DNA of 50,780 bases from Caldithrix abyssi (lineage in GTDB: Bacteria > Calditrichota > Calditrichia > Calditrichales > Calditrichaceae): the NCBI GenBank assembly GCA_011369465.1, contig DRQG01000140.1, positions 1 through 50,780 of the forward strand, written 5' to 3'. Below are positions 28,324 to 40,141 of the stretch, in pieces. The translations under genes were made by a program, and so were the position numbers. The first letter of the stretch is position 1; every line of letters begins with the position of its first letter. Below the pieces are notes generated by a model. It saw only the letters and a list, made by a program, of their open reading frames with translations, did not search any database and had not been told where the DNA came from.

Positions 28324-29634
28324 ATGACAAAGAACAAAAAACTCAGCCTTGCGGAAGTTATTTCCATGGCCGTCGGCACGATGATCGGCGCCAGCATCTT
28401 TTCCATTTTCGGTTTAGGAGCTAAAATTGCCGGAACGGATCTGCCCGAAGCTTTCGTTCTTTCCGGCATTTACGCTTTGGTCGTAGCGTATTCCTACGCC
28501 AGATTGGGCGGAAAAATCATATCCAATGCCGGGCCGATTGCTTTTATTCTAAAAGGAATGGGAGATAGCATTGTCACCGGCGCCCTAAGCATCCTCATGT
28601 GGCTCACCTATGTTATTTCCATAGCGCTTTTTGCCAAAGGTTTTGCCGGCTATTTGCTGCCCTTTATCCGTGTGGAAACAACCCCGCTGGCCTATGCTAT
28701 TGTTGAAATAAGCGTTATTTCCTTTTTTACGGCTTTAAATTTTTTTGGCAGTAAGGCGGTCGGGAAAGCCGAGTTCTATATTGTTCTGATCAAAATATCC
28801 ATTTTATTGGTGTTCATTTTCGGCGGATTTATGACGGTAAACTGGACGACGACCCAGCCGCTTTTGGATGCCATGCATACCAACGGTATGCTAAACGCCT
28901 CCGTGATATTTTTCCTGTCCTATATGGGTTTCGGTCTGATAACCAATGCATCGGAAAATATTAAAAATCCGCAAAAAAATATACCGCGGGCTATCTACAT
29001 CAGTATTTTGTTTGTAATGATGATCTATGTTCTTATTTCTCTGGTTACCATCGGCAATCTGCCCCTGGCGGATATTATTAAGGCGCAGGAAAACGCTCTG
29101 GCCATTGCCGCCAAACCATTTCTGGGACGCTTCGGCTTTATTCTGATTACGATCGGGGCGCTGTTTTCCATTTCCTCAGCCCTCAACGCTTCCCTTTTCG
29201 GCGGAGCCAACATCGCTTATTCATTGGCCAAAGACGGCGAACTACCGGAAGTTTTCGAAAGAAAGGTCTGGTTTAAATCAACTGAGGGTTTGTACATAAC
29301 CGCCGGACTCAGCCTTTCCTTCGCCCTGTTTTTCGACCTGGGCGCCATCGCTTCCATTACCAGTACGGTTTTTACGGTTATTTATATCTTTGTGTTAATA
29401 TCTCATTTTAAATTGCGAAAAGAATACGGCGGCAATACGATACTGCTGATCATTAATCTGATCATTCTCATTGCCGTTTTTATCGCCCTGATGAAGTATC
29501 AATGGAATACGCACAAAAATGCTTTTTACGCCAGCATAGTGACCTTTGCCGCCGCCGCTGTGGTGGAATATGTTTTCAGAAAATTCGCAAAGCGGGATAT
29601 GACCGGCACGAAAATAAGCACCTATCCGGAATAA
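28324..29634 (+). CDS. APC-superfamily amino acid/polyamine permease.
   Basis: 436 aa with 12 predicted transmembrane helices. N-terminal LSLAEVISMAVGTMIGASIFSIFG is the typical APC first helix with a G-rich unwound segment. Confidence 0.8.
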   Translation: MTKNKKLSLAEVISMAVGTMIGASIFSIFGLGAKIAGTDLPEAFVLSGIYALVVAYSYARLGGKIISNAGPIAFILKGMGDSIVTGALSILMWLTYVISIALFAKGFAGYLLPFIRVETTPLAYAIVEISVISFFTALNFFGSKAVGKAEFYIVLIKISILLVFIFGGFMTVNWTTTQPLLDAMHTNGMLNASVIFFLSYMGFGLITNASENIKNPQKNIPRAIYISILFVMMIYVLISLVTIGNLPLADIIKAQENALAIAAKPFLGRFGFILITIGALFSISSALNASLFGGANIAYSLAKDGELPEVFERKVWFKSTEGLYITAGLSLSFALFFDLGAIASITSTVFTVIYIFVLISHFKLRKEYGGNTILLIINLIILIAVFIALMKYQWNTHKNAFYASIVTFAAAAVVEYVFRKFAKRDMTGTKISTYPE

Positions 29635-29789
29635 TCTATGTTGGATGGATACCAATCAAACCTCAAGGCGATAAGAGGTATTTCTTTCCTTTGTTTTGCT
29701 GACAGGTCGATAATCTTCAAATTTTTTAGTGTATTTATGTGGACAGGTAATTGGTACCATTCGAATAAGAGAATATAAAGTACATAGTA

Positions 29790-30235
29790 CCGAGTACAGA
29801 GAAGGTGGTGACGGGTGACAGGAATTTGGAAATTAGAAACTCGGAACTGGGAACTGGTTACTTGATGCTGGAAATTTAATGAAAAATGAAGAATAACCCT
29901 GTGTTCCCGGGGAATGCGCTGGTTGGATAAAGCAGGGGCAAAGGCACAAAGTAACGCAAGATTTATCTTGCGCTCAGGGCAGGCAGACAACCCTTCGACA
30001 GGCTCAGGGTTCGTAGGCTGAGCTCTGCCTGTCCCGACAAGTCGGGATCGAAGCCGATGTCCGTTCCCTTCGACCCCGATTTCATCGGAACAGGCAATGC
30101 TCAGGGAACGTAGGCTGAGCTTTGTCGAAGCCGATGGCCGATCCTTCGACTTCGCTCAGGACAAGTAGCTGATAGCCGACAGCTAATCCAATAACCTAAT
30201 AACCTAATAACCAATAACGTAAAGTGGATTCTCGA
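29790..30235 (+). repeat. Composite intergenic repeat element, copy D (three modules).
   Basis: Module 1 at 29822-29880 (GGAAATTAGAAACTCGGAACTGGGAACTGG..GATGCTGGAAAT). Module 2 at 29910-30000 is near-identical to copy B, including the GCAAGATTTATCTTGC hairpin at 29956-29971. Internal GCTCAGGG..CTGAGC hairpins and CCTTCGAC / CGAAGCCGATG words at 29990-30170. Module 3 at 30160-30225 (AATAACCTAATAACC). Confidence 0.75.
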
Positions 30236-30335
30236 ACACCGGTTAATCTGTCCGCTAGTGGCGGGCGGATATTGATGTGAGACTCGACCGAAGATAAAAG
30301 GTGGATAAAGCGCTTCGTACATCAATTAAAAACAA

Positions 30336-30371
30336 AAAGACCTTCCGGGTTTTCAAAACCCGGAAGGTCTT
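30336..30371 (-). terminator. Rho-independent terminator of the pntAB operon, with a hairpin usable in both directions.
   Basis: Perfect palindrome GACCTTCCGGGTTTT / AAAACCCGGAAGGTC, flanked by A/T runs on both sides. Lies 10 nt beyond the pntB stop. Confidence 0.85.
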
Positions 30372-30380
30372 TTCAATTTA

Positions 30381-31760
30381 TTACAGTTCTTTCACTTCCT
30401 TCACCAACTCGGTAACCATTTTTTTGGCGTCACCGAAGAGCATCATGGTTTTCTGGTCGTAAAACAGTTCGTTATCCTCGCCGGCAAAACCGGGGCTGAG
30501 GCTGCGTTTTACGATCATGATGCTGCGCGCTTTGTCTACATTTAAAATGGGCATACCGTACAGCGGGCTGTCCTTTTTATAACGCGCCGCCGGATTGATC
30601 ACGTCGTTGGCGCCGATAACCAGCACCACGTCGGTGTTCTGGAAGTCGTCGTTGATGTCGTCCATCTCCACCAGCTTATCATAGGGCACGTTGGCTTCGG
30701 CCAGCAATACGTTCATGTGGCCGGGCATGCGACCGGCAACCGGGTGGATGGCATAGCGCACTTCGATGCCCTTTTCTTCCAACAGTTCGGCCAGTTCCTG
30801 CAACACATGCTGCGCCTGCGCCACAGCCAGACCATAACCCGGCACGATTATCACCGATTGCGCCGCTTCAAAGACCAGCGCGGCATCTTCGGCCGAGTAT
30901 TCGGTAACGGTTTTCTTTTCCGTACTCTTGCTTGTTCCGGAGCTGTCAGCCGTACCCACGGCGGCAAACAGCACGTTGGCCAGCGAGCGGTTCATCGCTT
31001 TACACATGATTTGTGTTAGAATAATACCTGAAGCGCCCACCAACGCCCCGCTGATAATCAGTACGTTGTTGGACAGCACAAAACCCGTGGCTGCAGCGGC
31101 CAGACCGGAATAGGAATTAAGCAGGGAAATCACCACCGGCATATCCGCCCCGCCGATGGGGATCACCGAAAGCACGCCCAGCACGGCCGAAATAGCCACA
31201 ATAACTATCAGCGTCACTTCCAGTGAGGCGTCCATGGTAAACATAACGCCCAGGACAACCACCGCCAAAAGCAGCAGGCCGTTTAGCCATTTCTGTCCGG
31301 GAAATACGATGGGCGCACCGGTCATTAAGCCCTGCAGCTTGGCAAAGGCAATCATACTGCCGGTAAAAGTCACCATACCGATCAGCAGGCTGAGCACCAG
31401 AGTGATGCTGGTATCCATCGCGAACACATGACCGCCGTGATGGATATATTCGGAATAGGCCACAAAGGCCGAGGCGATACCGCCGAAACCGTTAAACAAA
31501 GCCACCATCTGCGGCATCTGGGTCATTTCCACCTTTTTGGCGGCCACAGCCCCGATGGCTGCGCCGATGACCATACCGGCGATGATATAGGTGTAATCGA
31601 GAATGCTTTTATCCAGCAGGGTAACCACGATGGCCAGCAGCATACCCAGCATGGCCAGCAGATTCCCGCGTCGGGCCGTTTTAGGCGAGCCCAGGTTTTT
31701 AAGGCCTAAAATGAACAGCACAGCCGCTATCAGATAGGCAATATTCGTAATCGTAACCAT
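30381..31760 (-). CDS. pntB: NAD(P) transhydrogenase subunit beta.
   Basis: 459 aa. N-terminal membrane domain and C-terminal NADP(H)-binding domain (GYGLAVAQAQH..., VIGANDVINPAA), collinear with PntB. Confidence 0.92.
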   Translation of the reverse strand: MVTITNIAYLIAAVLFILGLKNLGSPKTARRGNLLAMLGMLLAIVVTLLDKSILDYTYIIAGMVIGAAIGAVAAKKVEMTQMPQMVALFNGFGGIASAFVAYSEYIHHGGHVFAMDTSITLVLSLLIGMVTFTGSMIAFAKLQGLMTGAPIVFPGQKWLNGLLLLAVVVLGVMFTMDASLEVTLIVIVAISAVLGVLSVIPIGGADMPVVISLLNSYSGLAAAATGFVLSNNVLIISGALVGASGIILTQIMCKAMNRSLANVLFAAVGTADSSGTSKSTEKKTVTEYSAEDAALVFEAAQSVIIVPGYGLAVAQAQHVLQELAELLEEKGIEVRYAIHPVAGRMPGHMNVLLAEANVPYDKLVEMDDINDDFQNTDVVLVIGANDVINPAARYKKDSPLYGMPILNVDKARSIMIVKRSLSPGFAGEDNELFYDQKTMMLFGDAKKMVTELVKEVKEL

Positions 31761-31771
31761 TCATCGGCTCC

Positions 31772-32068
31772 TTATTGTTGTTGTTTTTTATCTTTTTTGA
31801 ACATTTCCAGCATCCGGTCCGTAACCATAAAACCGCCCACCACATTGATGGTCGCGGAAATTACGGCCAGCATGCCAAGAATTTTACCCAGTTGTGAATT
31901 GCCGACGCCGGCGCTGATAATAGCGCCCACTACGGTAATTCCGGAAATGGCGTTGGAACCGGACATCAACGGTGTGTGGAGCAGCGGCGGTACTTTGGTG
32001 ATGACCTCAAAACCGACGAAAATCGCCAGTACAAAAATATAAAGCGATACGAGTATAACCTGATCCAT
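31772..32068 (-). CDS. pntA: NAD(P) transhydrogenase alpha subunit, part 2 (membrane segment, PntAB).
   Basis: 98 aa with three transmembrane helices (GFEVITKVPPLLHTPLMSGSNAISGI..). Sits between pntAA and pntB, the classic split-alpha arrangement. Confidence 0.8.
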   Translation of the reverse strand: MDQVILVSLYIFVLAIFVGFEVITKVPPLLHTPLMSGSNAISGITVVGAIISAGVGNSQLGKILGMLAVISATINVVGGFMVTDRMLEMFKKDKKQQQ

Positions 32069-32069
32069 T

Positions 32070-33224
<1,155 letters not shown>

Positions 33225-34055
33225 ATTATCCTCCTGAGGTTAACACGGTAACAATGCATTGTTGAATGGATGAATTATCGGATTAATGGAATGAAAAAGT
33301 TTCAGAGTACCGTTTTTAGGCATCAATCCAATAATTCGCTGATTCATTAATTTCTTTTTTTTGTACAGACGATGGTAAACGACGGAAGATGGGGATTTTA
33401 TTCCGCTTATAGCATTAAGAGGATTTTTGTGTGTATCGATTCCAACATTTTAGGAGATGGAAGAGTCAGTTATCTTTGTGATGAGCACAGTGATGCGGCG
33501 ATCCTTGGCTACAACCCGGTTGACAACCGCATGCTTTTATAGTCCCTCACCCGTCATGTTGAACTCGTTTCAGCATCCCATGTTTAGGTGACGGGATTCC
33601 GAATCAAGTTCGGAATGACACCGTCTTTTCCGGCACAGAGCTGAGATGAGGAAAACCGATGCCATCGCTTGGAGCGATGGTATCGGTGAAACAGACAACA
33701 AACCCAAGACGGGACAGCCAGCGATACATCGGAGCGTACGGCCGCGCTTCGCTCGCCATAACGACACGACGACCACAACACACCCCATTCTTTTCCCTTC
33801 GCCGGCGAAGGGTGGGGCGTAACGTGGCATCGGTATTGTTTATACGCAGCGAGGTGGGGTGCCCGCCGGTATATTTACGGCACTCTGGGGGCGATAGCAG
33901 AAAAAAATTATCATTGCAAACAGCGATTTACCGTTGGGAAGAATCTTTGCTACCGAGCCAAAGAAAAATTTCACTTTTATTTCCTATCCTCTTGATAGAA
34001 AAATCGTCTATCCCTAAGTTAGCCTAAAAACCACCGTAACGGGAGAACGCTCCAA

Positions 34056-35738
34056 ATGCCTTTCATAAAAACAACCGCACAATGGAAAAAGGGAATAAGA
34101 AACCTGCTGGTGCTTTTGGTCGGTCTTTCCTTTTTGCCTCTCCGAGCCCAGGTTACCGACACCTTGTTTATCCTGCAAACCACCGACGTCCACGGCAATA
34201 TTATGCCCTATAATTATTTTAAGGACGCCCCGGCCGATTACGGGCTGGCCAAAATTTACAACCGCGTCATCGAGTACAGAAAGCGGCATAAGAATGTACT
34301 TTTGCTGGACAGCGGCGATCTGCTTCAGGGAACGCCGTTGGTTTCTTATTTCAACACCATGGAAACCAACCTGCCTAACCCGTTGATTTTAACCCTCAAT
34401 TATATGGGCTATGAAGCCTTTACCGTGGGTAACCATGATATCGAACAGGGGCTGTTTGTTTATAACCGCGCCCGGCGCGAATCCGATTTCCCCTGGCTAT
34501 CGGCTAATTCCCTGTTGGAGGACGGACGCACCTATTTTAAACCGTACACTATCATCAACAAAAACGGCCTGCGCATCGGCATTATCGGTTTAACCACACC
34601 GGGTATTCCCATGTGGCTGGATAAATCGTTGTATCCCGGCATTACCTGGGCAGATATGGTTAAAACCGCGCAGAAGTATGTTCCTCTGCTGCGCCCGCAG
34701 GTAGATGTGCTGGTAGGTCTTTTCCATGCCGGATTTGAAGCCGGATACAGCGCAGCTCAAACCGAAAAAGCCGGCTTGCCCAACGAAAATGCCTCACTGC
34801 TTGTGGCCGAAAATATTCCCGGCTTTGATGTGGTACTGGCCGGCCACTCCCACAGGCCGAGGCCGAAAAACGCAAAAGAACAGATAAAAGATCAGCAAAA
34901 GCCATTGTTGATCAACGCCGGTTCCTGGGGACGAAATCTTGGGGTGGCGCAGATCATTCTGCGTAAAGATGCCGACGGGGGAAAATGGCGGGTTGTAGAA
35001 AAAAGCGGCTGGCTGGAGCCAAGCAAAAATGTACAACCATCCACCGCCATACTGGAACTCAACGCCTATTATCACAAGAAAACTTTACAGTATATCCGCC
35101 AGCCTATCGCTAAATTGAACGGAACCATGTCCACCGAAAAAGCGCGTTTTGAAGACACGGCCGTGATGGAGCTGATTAACGATGCCCAAATGCAGGCTGC
35201 CGGGGCGGATATTTCTTTTGCCGCCTGCTTTAACGATCGGGTGCGTTTTAAACAGGGGACTTTGCGCGTAAAGGATGTGTATGCCATATATCCCTATGAA
35301 AACTATCTCTACCTTGTGGAAATGACCGGCAAACAGATCCGTGATTTTCTGATCTATTCCGCCCGCTATTTTATTCTGGACCACGGAAAGGTGGTTCGCA
35401 ATCCGGCTGTAAACGGCTACAACTACGATATGGCCGAAGGCATCGGTTATACGATCAAAGTGGAAGCCACAACAGAACACCCGCAGATTCCAAATAAAAT
35501 AATTGATTTGATTTATCTGAAAACGGGAAAGCCGCTGGATTTGAACAAAACCTACAAAGTGGCCATGAACAGCTACCGGGCCAGCGGCGGGGGCGGACAC
35601 ATGGCTTTTGCCGGCGCGCAAGAGGCGCCGGTTCTCTGGAAATCCAACGCGGATATGCGCACCATATTAATCGACTATTTAAAAAATAAGCAAGTGATCG
35701 AACCGAAATCGGACGGCAACTGGAGGTTGGAATATTAA
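34056..35738 (+). CDS. Secreted bifunctional metallophosphatase / 5'-nucleotidase (UshA/YfkN family).
   Basis: Signal peptide. Calcineurin-like motifs DVHGN, GDLLQG, GNHD and GHSH. C-terminal 5'-nucleotidase substrate-binding domain (YPYEN..L). Confidence 0.8.
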   Translation: MPFIKTTAQWKKGIRNLLVLLVGLSFLPLRAQVTDTLFILQTTDVHGNIMPYNYFKDAPADYGLAKIYNRVIEYRKRHKNVLLLDSGDLLQGTPLVSYFNTMETNLPNPLILTLNYMGYEAFTVGNHDIEQGLFVYNRARRESDFPWLSANSLLEDGRTYFKPYTIINKNGLRIGIIGLTTPGIPMWLDKSLYPGITWADMVKTAQKYVPLLRPQVDVLVGLFHAGFEAGYSAAQTEKAGLPNENASLLVAENIPGFDVVLAGHSHRPRPKNAKEQIKDQQKPLLINAGSWGRNLGVAQIILRKDADGGKWRVVEKSGWLEPSKNVQPSTAILELNAYYHKKTLQYIRQPIAKLNGTMSTEKARFEDTAVMELINDAQMQAAGADISFAACFNDRVRFKQGTLRVKDVYAIYPYENYLYLVEMTGKQIRDFLIYSARYFILDHGKVVRNPAVNGYNYDMAEGIGYTIKVEATTEHPQIPNKIIDLIYLKTGKPLDLNKTYKVAMNSYRASGGGGHMAFAGAQEAPVLWKSNADMRTILIDYLKNKQVIEPKSDGNWRLEY

Positions 35739-36025
35739 ACCGTTAAAGCAATAGCTTGGCCCAAACATTGAAATTCACAGACAAAAATACAAACTCAAAC
35801 TTTTATCTGCCCCCTGGCTATGATGCCATTATTATTCGGTTTTACAGGGATTACAAAATTATCAAGGCCGTGTTCTGATACTTACTAAATCTTCGTTTTA
35901 TCGCATTGTTTTACTCCAATCAAAATATTTCTTTTCTCTAATTATTCAATTCTTACAGTCGATATTTATAAGGGATGAATGTATTGTATCCAATTTCGTA
36001 AAAATCTAGAATTCATTGAGACAAG

Positions 36026-38866
36026 ATGAAACAACGCTTAAAAATACTTTATCTTGAAGATGAAGAAATCATTATAAACATTGTACGCAGCTTACTACAA
36101 AGCGAAGGTATTTCTCCTCAAATCACGATGGTACAGACCAAAGAAGAATATTTATCCGCCCTGCAAAACAATAAATTTGACTTCGTCCTGGCCGATTATG
36201 CTCTACCCGATTTTAACGGGTTAGAAGCGCTCAAATTACTTCGAAAAAAGGATAAACATCTTCCTTTTATTTTATTCTCCGGATCAATTGGCGAAGAGAA
36301 AGCTTTGGAAAGCCTTCGTCTTGGAGCAACCGACTATGTTTTAAAACAAAACATCAAAACACTTTTACCTGCCATTAGAAAAGCCGTCGATGAATACAAT
36401 GCTAAAAAAAAATCGGAAAAGAAATTGCAAACATTGAGTGAAAACGAAACAAAATTCCGCCTATTGGCCGAATACGCCGGCGATTGGGAATACCTATATC
36501 ATCCGAAAAATGGCTATATGTATGTTTCACCCGCTTGCGAACGGGTTACCGGTTATACGCCAAAAGATTTTAAGGCCGATCGGGATTTGTTTCTTAAACT
36601 TGTAGCTCCGGAATATGTAGATAAAATTAGAAATCATTTTCAAATGGAAACAGGGCAAGAGGAATTGCCCACACCAATCGAGTTCCCTATCCACACCCGT
36701 GACGGCAAAAAGATCTGGATTGAACATCACTGTACTCCGGTGTACGATAGCCGCGGAGAATTTATAGGGCGTCGTGCGAATAATAGAGACATCTCACAAC
36801 GTAAACAGTTTGAATTAACCCAACAATTTATGCTGCGTGTTTCTACCGCTGCATTACAAAAAAATGACGAACTGGCGTTTTACCAAACCCTGGTCAACGA
36901 GCTTAACCACCTGATCGACACAAGTAATTTTTATATTGGGATTTATAACAAAAAAACAGAAACATTGTCTTTCCCGTTTATGCGTGATGAAAAAGATCAT
37001 TTTACCGATGTACCGATAATGGATACGATAAGCCGCTTTGTAATTACAGAAAAAAAATCGGTTCTTTTACGGGGAGAACAGGTAAACGCATTTATAAAAG
37101 AAAAAGGAATCCGGCCCACCGGCGCACCGGCCAAATGCTGGCTTGGAGTACCGCTTCTCATCGATAAAGAAGTAATCGGCCTGATCACCGTTCAAAATTA
37201 TTCCGATCCGGAGGCTTATAACGAGTCCGATAAATATTTGCTGGAATTCGTTGCCAACGAAATAGCCGCACTCATCAAACGCCAGGAGATGGAAAAAAGA
37301 ATTTATCAGTTGTCGCGATCAGTGGAACAGAGTCCTGTTTCCACTGTAATAACTGACCTGGAAGGCACTATTCAATATGTAAATCCCCGGTTTTGCCAGC
37401 TCACCGGCTATTCCTACGAAGAGGCCATCGGCCAAAACCCGAGGATTCTGAAATCCGGAGAAACCCCGAAGGAAAAATATAAAGAATTGTGGGAAACCAT
37501 AACACGAGGTGAAGTTTGGAAAGGCCGTTTTCATAACCGACGTAAAAACGGGCAACTCTTCTGGGAAGATGCTACCATCGGGCCCATTAAAGATAACAAG
37601 GGCCGGATAACCAATTTTGTAGCCGTAAAAGAAGACATAACCGACCTCGTTAAAAAGGAAAAGGAATTACAGCGTTTGCACCGCTATAATGAATTACTAA
37701 ACGATTCCTTTCCTGCTGCGTTGATCGTTATGGATCAGGATGAAAAAATAATCCGCTGGAATCAAAAAGCTGAAGAACTCTTTGGAATGAGCTGGGAAGA
37801 GGTAAAAAACAATCATCTGATTCAATTGCCGCTAACCTGGAGTTGGGATCAGATATCCATGGGGATCTATGATTGCCGGGTGGATAAAAAAACCGTTCAT
37901 TTAAAAGATATTCCTTATGAAAAAGAAAAAGACGTACACGGCTTTTTGGATATTGTGATCAAATTCCTTAAAAATGAGGAAGAACAGATCGAAGGATTTT
38001 TCATCGTCTGTGAAGATGTTACCAGACAAAAGATAATCGAAAATCAACAGGTTCAGGCTCAGAAGCTGGAATCCATCGGCCAGTTGGCGGCAGGAATAGC
38101 GCACGAGATTAACACACCGGCTCAGTATGTGAGTGATAACATTCATTTTCTCGAGGATGCATTTGGGGATATAATGAAGCTGATAACCGTATTCGAGGAG
38201 ATGGGGCAAAATGCAATAGAAAATGCGGAACTGGCTAATTTGATTCAAAAGGCTGTAAAGATCGCCGAAGAGATAGATTTGGAATTTCTATCGGATGAAA
38301 TCCCCGCTGCACTTACCCAGTCCATGGAGGGTATAACCAAGGTGAGCAAAATTGTTCGGGCTATGAAAGAGTTCTCTCACCCCGGTACGAAGAGTAAAAC
38401 CTTAATCAATTTGAACCGGGCTATAGAAAACACGGCCACGGTTTGCCGGAACGAGTGGAAGTATGTTGCTGAATTGGAAACCGATTTTGACACATCTCTT
38501 TCGGAGGTACCCTGCTACCACGATGAATTTAACCAGGTTATTTTGAATATGATTATCAATGCCGCCCATGCCATTGGCAAAGAATCCGTTAATGAACAAA
38601 AAAAGGGACAAATTCGTATCGTAACCAGAAAAGAGGATGGGCAGGCCGTTGTCTGCATTAGCGATAACGGAAGCGGGATTCCCCAAAATATTATTGATAA
38701 AATATTTGATCCGTTTTTTACAACTAAAGAAGTGGGTAAGGGAACCGGCCAGGGGTTGGCCATTGCACATGACGTAATAGTAAACAAACACGGCGGAACG
38801 ATTGATGTGGAAAGTGAGCCCGGAAAAGGCACAACCTTCACTCTTCGGATTCCGCTGGAAGAATAA
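36026..38866 (+). CDS. Hybrid sensor histidine kinase with REC, PAS, GAF-like, PAS, PAS, HisKA and HATPase_c domains.
   Basis: Receiver Asp in FVLADYALPDFNG. PAS boxes, for example [20 protein letters not shown]-box ESIGQLAAGIAHEINTP at 38069-38119. G-boxes GTGQGLAIAHD and GKGTTFTL. Confidence 0.85.
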   Translation: MKQRLKILYLEDEEIIINIVRSLLQSEGISPQITMVQTKEEYLSALQNNKFDFVLADYALPDFNGLEALKLLRKKDKHLPFILFSGSIGEEKALESLRLGATDYVLKQNIKTLLPAIRKAVDEYNAKKKSEKKLQTLSENETKFRLLAEYAGDWEYLYHPKNGYMYVSPACERVTGYTPKDFKADRDLFLKLVAPEYVDKIRNHFQMETGQEELPTPIEFPIHTRDGKKIWIEHHCTPVYDSRGEFIGRRANNRDISQRKQFELTQQFMLRVSTAALQKNDELAFYQTLVNELNHLIDTSNFYIGIYNKKTETLSFPFMRDEKDHFTDVPIMDTISRFVITEKKSVLLRGEQVNAFIKEKGIRPTGAPAKCWLGVPLLIDKEVIGLITVQNYSDPEAYNESDKYLLEFVANEIAALIKRQEMEKRIYQLSRSVEQSPVSTVITDLEGTIQYVNPRFCQLTGYSYEEAIGQNPRILKSGETPKEKYKELWETITRGEVWKGRFHNRRKNGQLFWEDATIGPIKDNKGRITNFVAVKEDITDLVKKEKELQRLHRYNELLNDSFPAALIVMDQDEKIIRWNQKAEELFGMSWEEVKNNHLIQLPLTWSWDQISMGIYDCRVDKKTVHLKDIPYEKEKDVHGFLDIVIKFLKNEEEQIEGFFIVCEDVTRQKIIENQQVQAQKLESIGQLAAGIAHEINTPAQYVSDNIHFLEDAFGDIMKLITVFEEMGQNAIENAELANLIQKAVKIAEEIDLEFLSDEIPAALTQSMEGITKVSKIVRAMKEFSHPGTKSKTLINLNRAIENTATVCRNEWKYVAELETDFDTSLSEVPCYHDEFNQVILNMIINAAHAIGKESVNEQKKGQIRIVTRKEDGQAVVCISDNGSGIPQNIIDKIFDPFFTTKEVGKGTGQGLAIAHDVIVNKHGGTIDVESEPGKGTTFTLRIPLEE

Positions 38867-38926
38867 ATCATTCATCTTAAATTGGATCCACCTCTAATAA
38901 TACAGGTGTTTTAGGGATAGATATAA

Positions 38927-40141
38927 ATGAAGAGGGTTCTTTTTGTAGATGATGAGCCGAATGTGTTACAGGGTCTTCGCCGAATGATGCATTCGTTACG
39001 GAATGAGTGGGAAATGTATTTTGTGGAGAGCGGACAAGAAGCATTGGATTTACTTTCATCAAACAGGTTTGATGTTATTGTTAGCGACATGAGGATGCCT
39101 GTGATGAACGGTGCCGAACTGCTTTCCATAGTACGAGAAAAATATCCCCATATGATACGCATCATACTTTCTGGTTATTCCGATCAGGATTTGTTGCTTA
39201 AAACTGTTCGACCTGCGCACCAATTCTTGACAAAACCCTGTGATGCTGAAACAATAAAGACAACGGTTCAAAGAGCCAGCAAAACGCAGAGTGTATTGGC
39301 CAGTCTCAATGTAAAAAAGGTAATAACGGGGATCGATTCCCTGCCCAGTCTGCCCGCCCTTTACAATGAAATTATACAAAAATTGCACCAGGAAAACGTA
39401 TCCGCTAAGGAAATTGCCGGGATCATTCAAAAAGATATGGGAATGACCGCCCAGATTCTTAAACTGGTTAATTCCTCTTTTTTCGGTTTTTTTAAAAAAA
39501 TGTCCAATCCGGTTCAGGCGGTTACCTTTTTGGGGCTCGACACGATCAAAACTCTGGTTTTATCCCATAAGATTTTTTCGGCGTTAAAATTTAACCGGAA
39601 AGACCTTGTCTCTTTCGAACAGCTCTGGGGACACAGCACCCTAACTGCGGTATTCTCCCGCCATATAGCAGGTTCCATCGATAAGACCGATAAAGCGTTT
39701 ATCGAGGATGCCTTTATGACCGGATTTCTGCACGATATCGGTATTCTAATATTAGCCTCCAAATTGACCGGAGAGTATGAGAAAGTGCTTAAGCATACAC
39801 TAAACAGTGATCAGGAACTATGGAAAACGGAACATGAACTCATGGGCACCAGTCATGCTGAAATAGGTGCCTATCTACTGAGCTTATGGGGGTTTTCCGA
39901 GAATATTATCGAAGCAATTTTATATCATCATCAGGTTAAAATTTTCGGGGATGAGCCAAAATCTTTGATTTTTGTAGTTCATCTGGCCGATGCCTTTGCT
40001 CTGCATCTTAATCCGGCGTTAAATAAAAAAGGATTGGCCCGTTTAAATCAGAACTATCTCAAAGCTCTGGATTTATATGATAAAGCTAAAATCTGGTATA
40101 ATGAGTGTAAAAAAATATTTGAAGAAGGGGCAATTCAGTGA
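38927..40141 (+). CDS. Response regulator with a C-terminal HDOD domain.
   Basis: REC domain: DDEPNVL..DVIVSDMRMPVMNG. HDOD signature IIQKDMGMTAQILKLVNSSFFG at about 39421-39486. Downstream H..HDIG-like LHDIGILIL. Confidence 0.8.
   Translation: MKRVLFVDDEPNVLQGLRRMMHSLRNEWEMYFVESGQEALDLLSSNRFDVIVSDMRMPVMNGAELLSIVREKYPHMIRIILSGYSDQDLLLKTVRPAHQFLTKPCDAETIKTTVQRASKTQSVLASLNVKKVITGIDSLPSLPALYNEIIQKLHQENVSAKEIAGIIQKDMGMTAQILKLVNSSFFGFFKKMSNPVQAVTFLGLDTIKTLVLSHKIFSALKFNRKDLVSFEQLWGHSTLTAVFSRHIAGSIDKTDKAFIEDAFMTGFLHDIGILILASKLTGEYEKVLKHTLNSDQELWKTEHELMGTSHAEIGAYLLSLWGFSENIIEAILYHHQVKIFGDEPKSLIFVVHLADAFALHLNPALNKKGLARLNQNYLKALDLYDKAKIWYNECKKIFEEGAIQ

Noticed and set aside
33250-34055. tRNA, tmRNA, RNase P or SRP RNA in the large non-coding gaps. 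The gaps at 17790-18990 and 27590-27930 were inspected the same way.
   Set aside because: I found no cloverleaf with a GTTCGAATC-type T-loop, no tmRNA tag-peptide reading frame, and no RNase P (GGAAAGTCCGGGC) or SRP conserved boxes on either strand. Only the generic hairpins reported above were seen.
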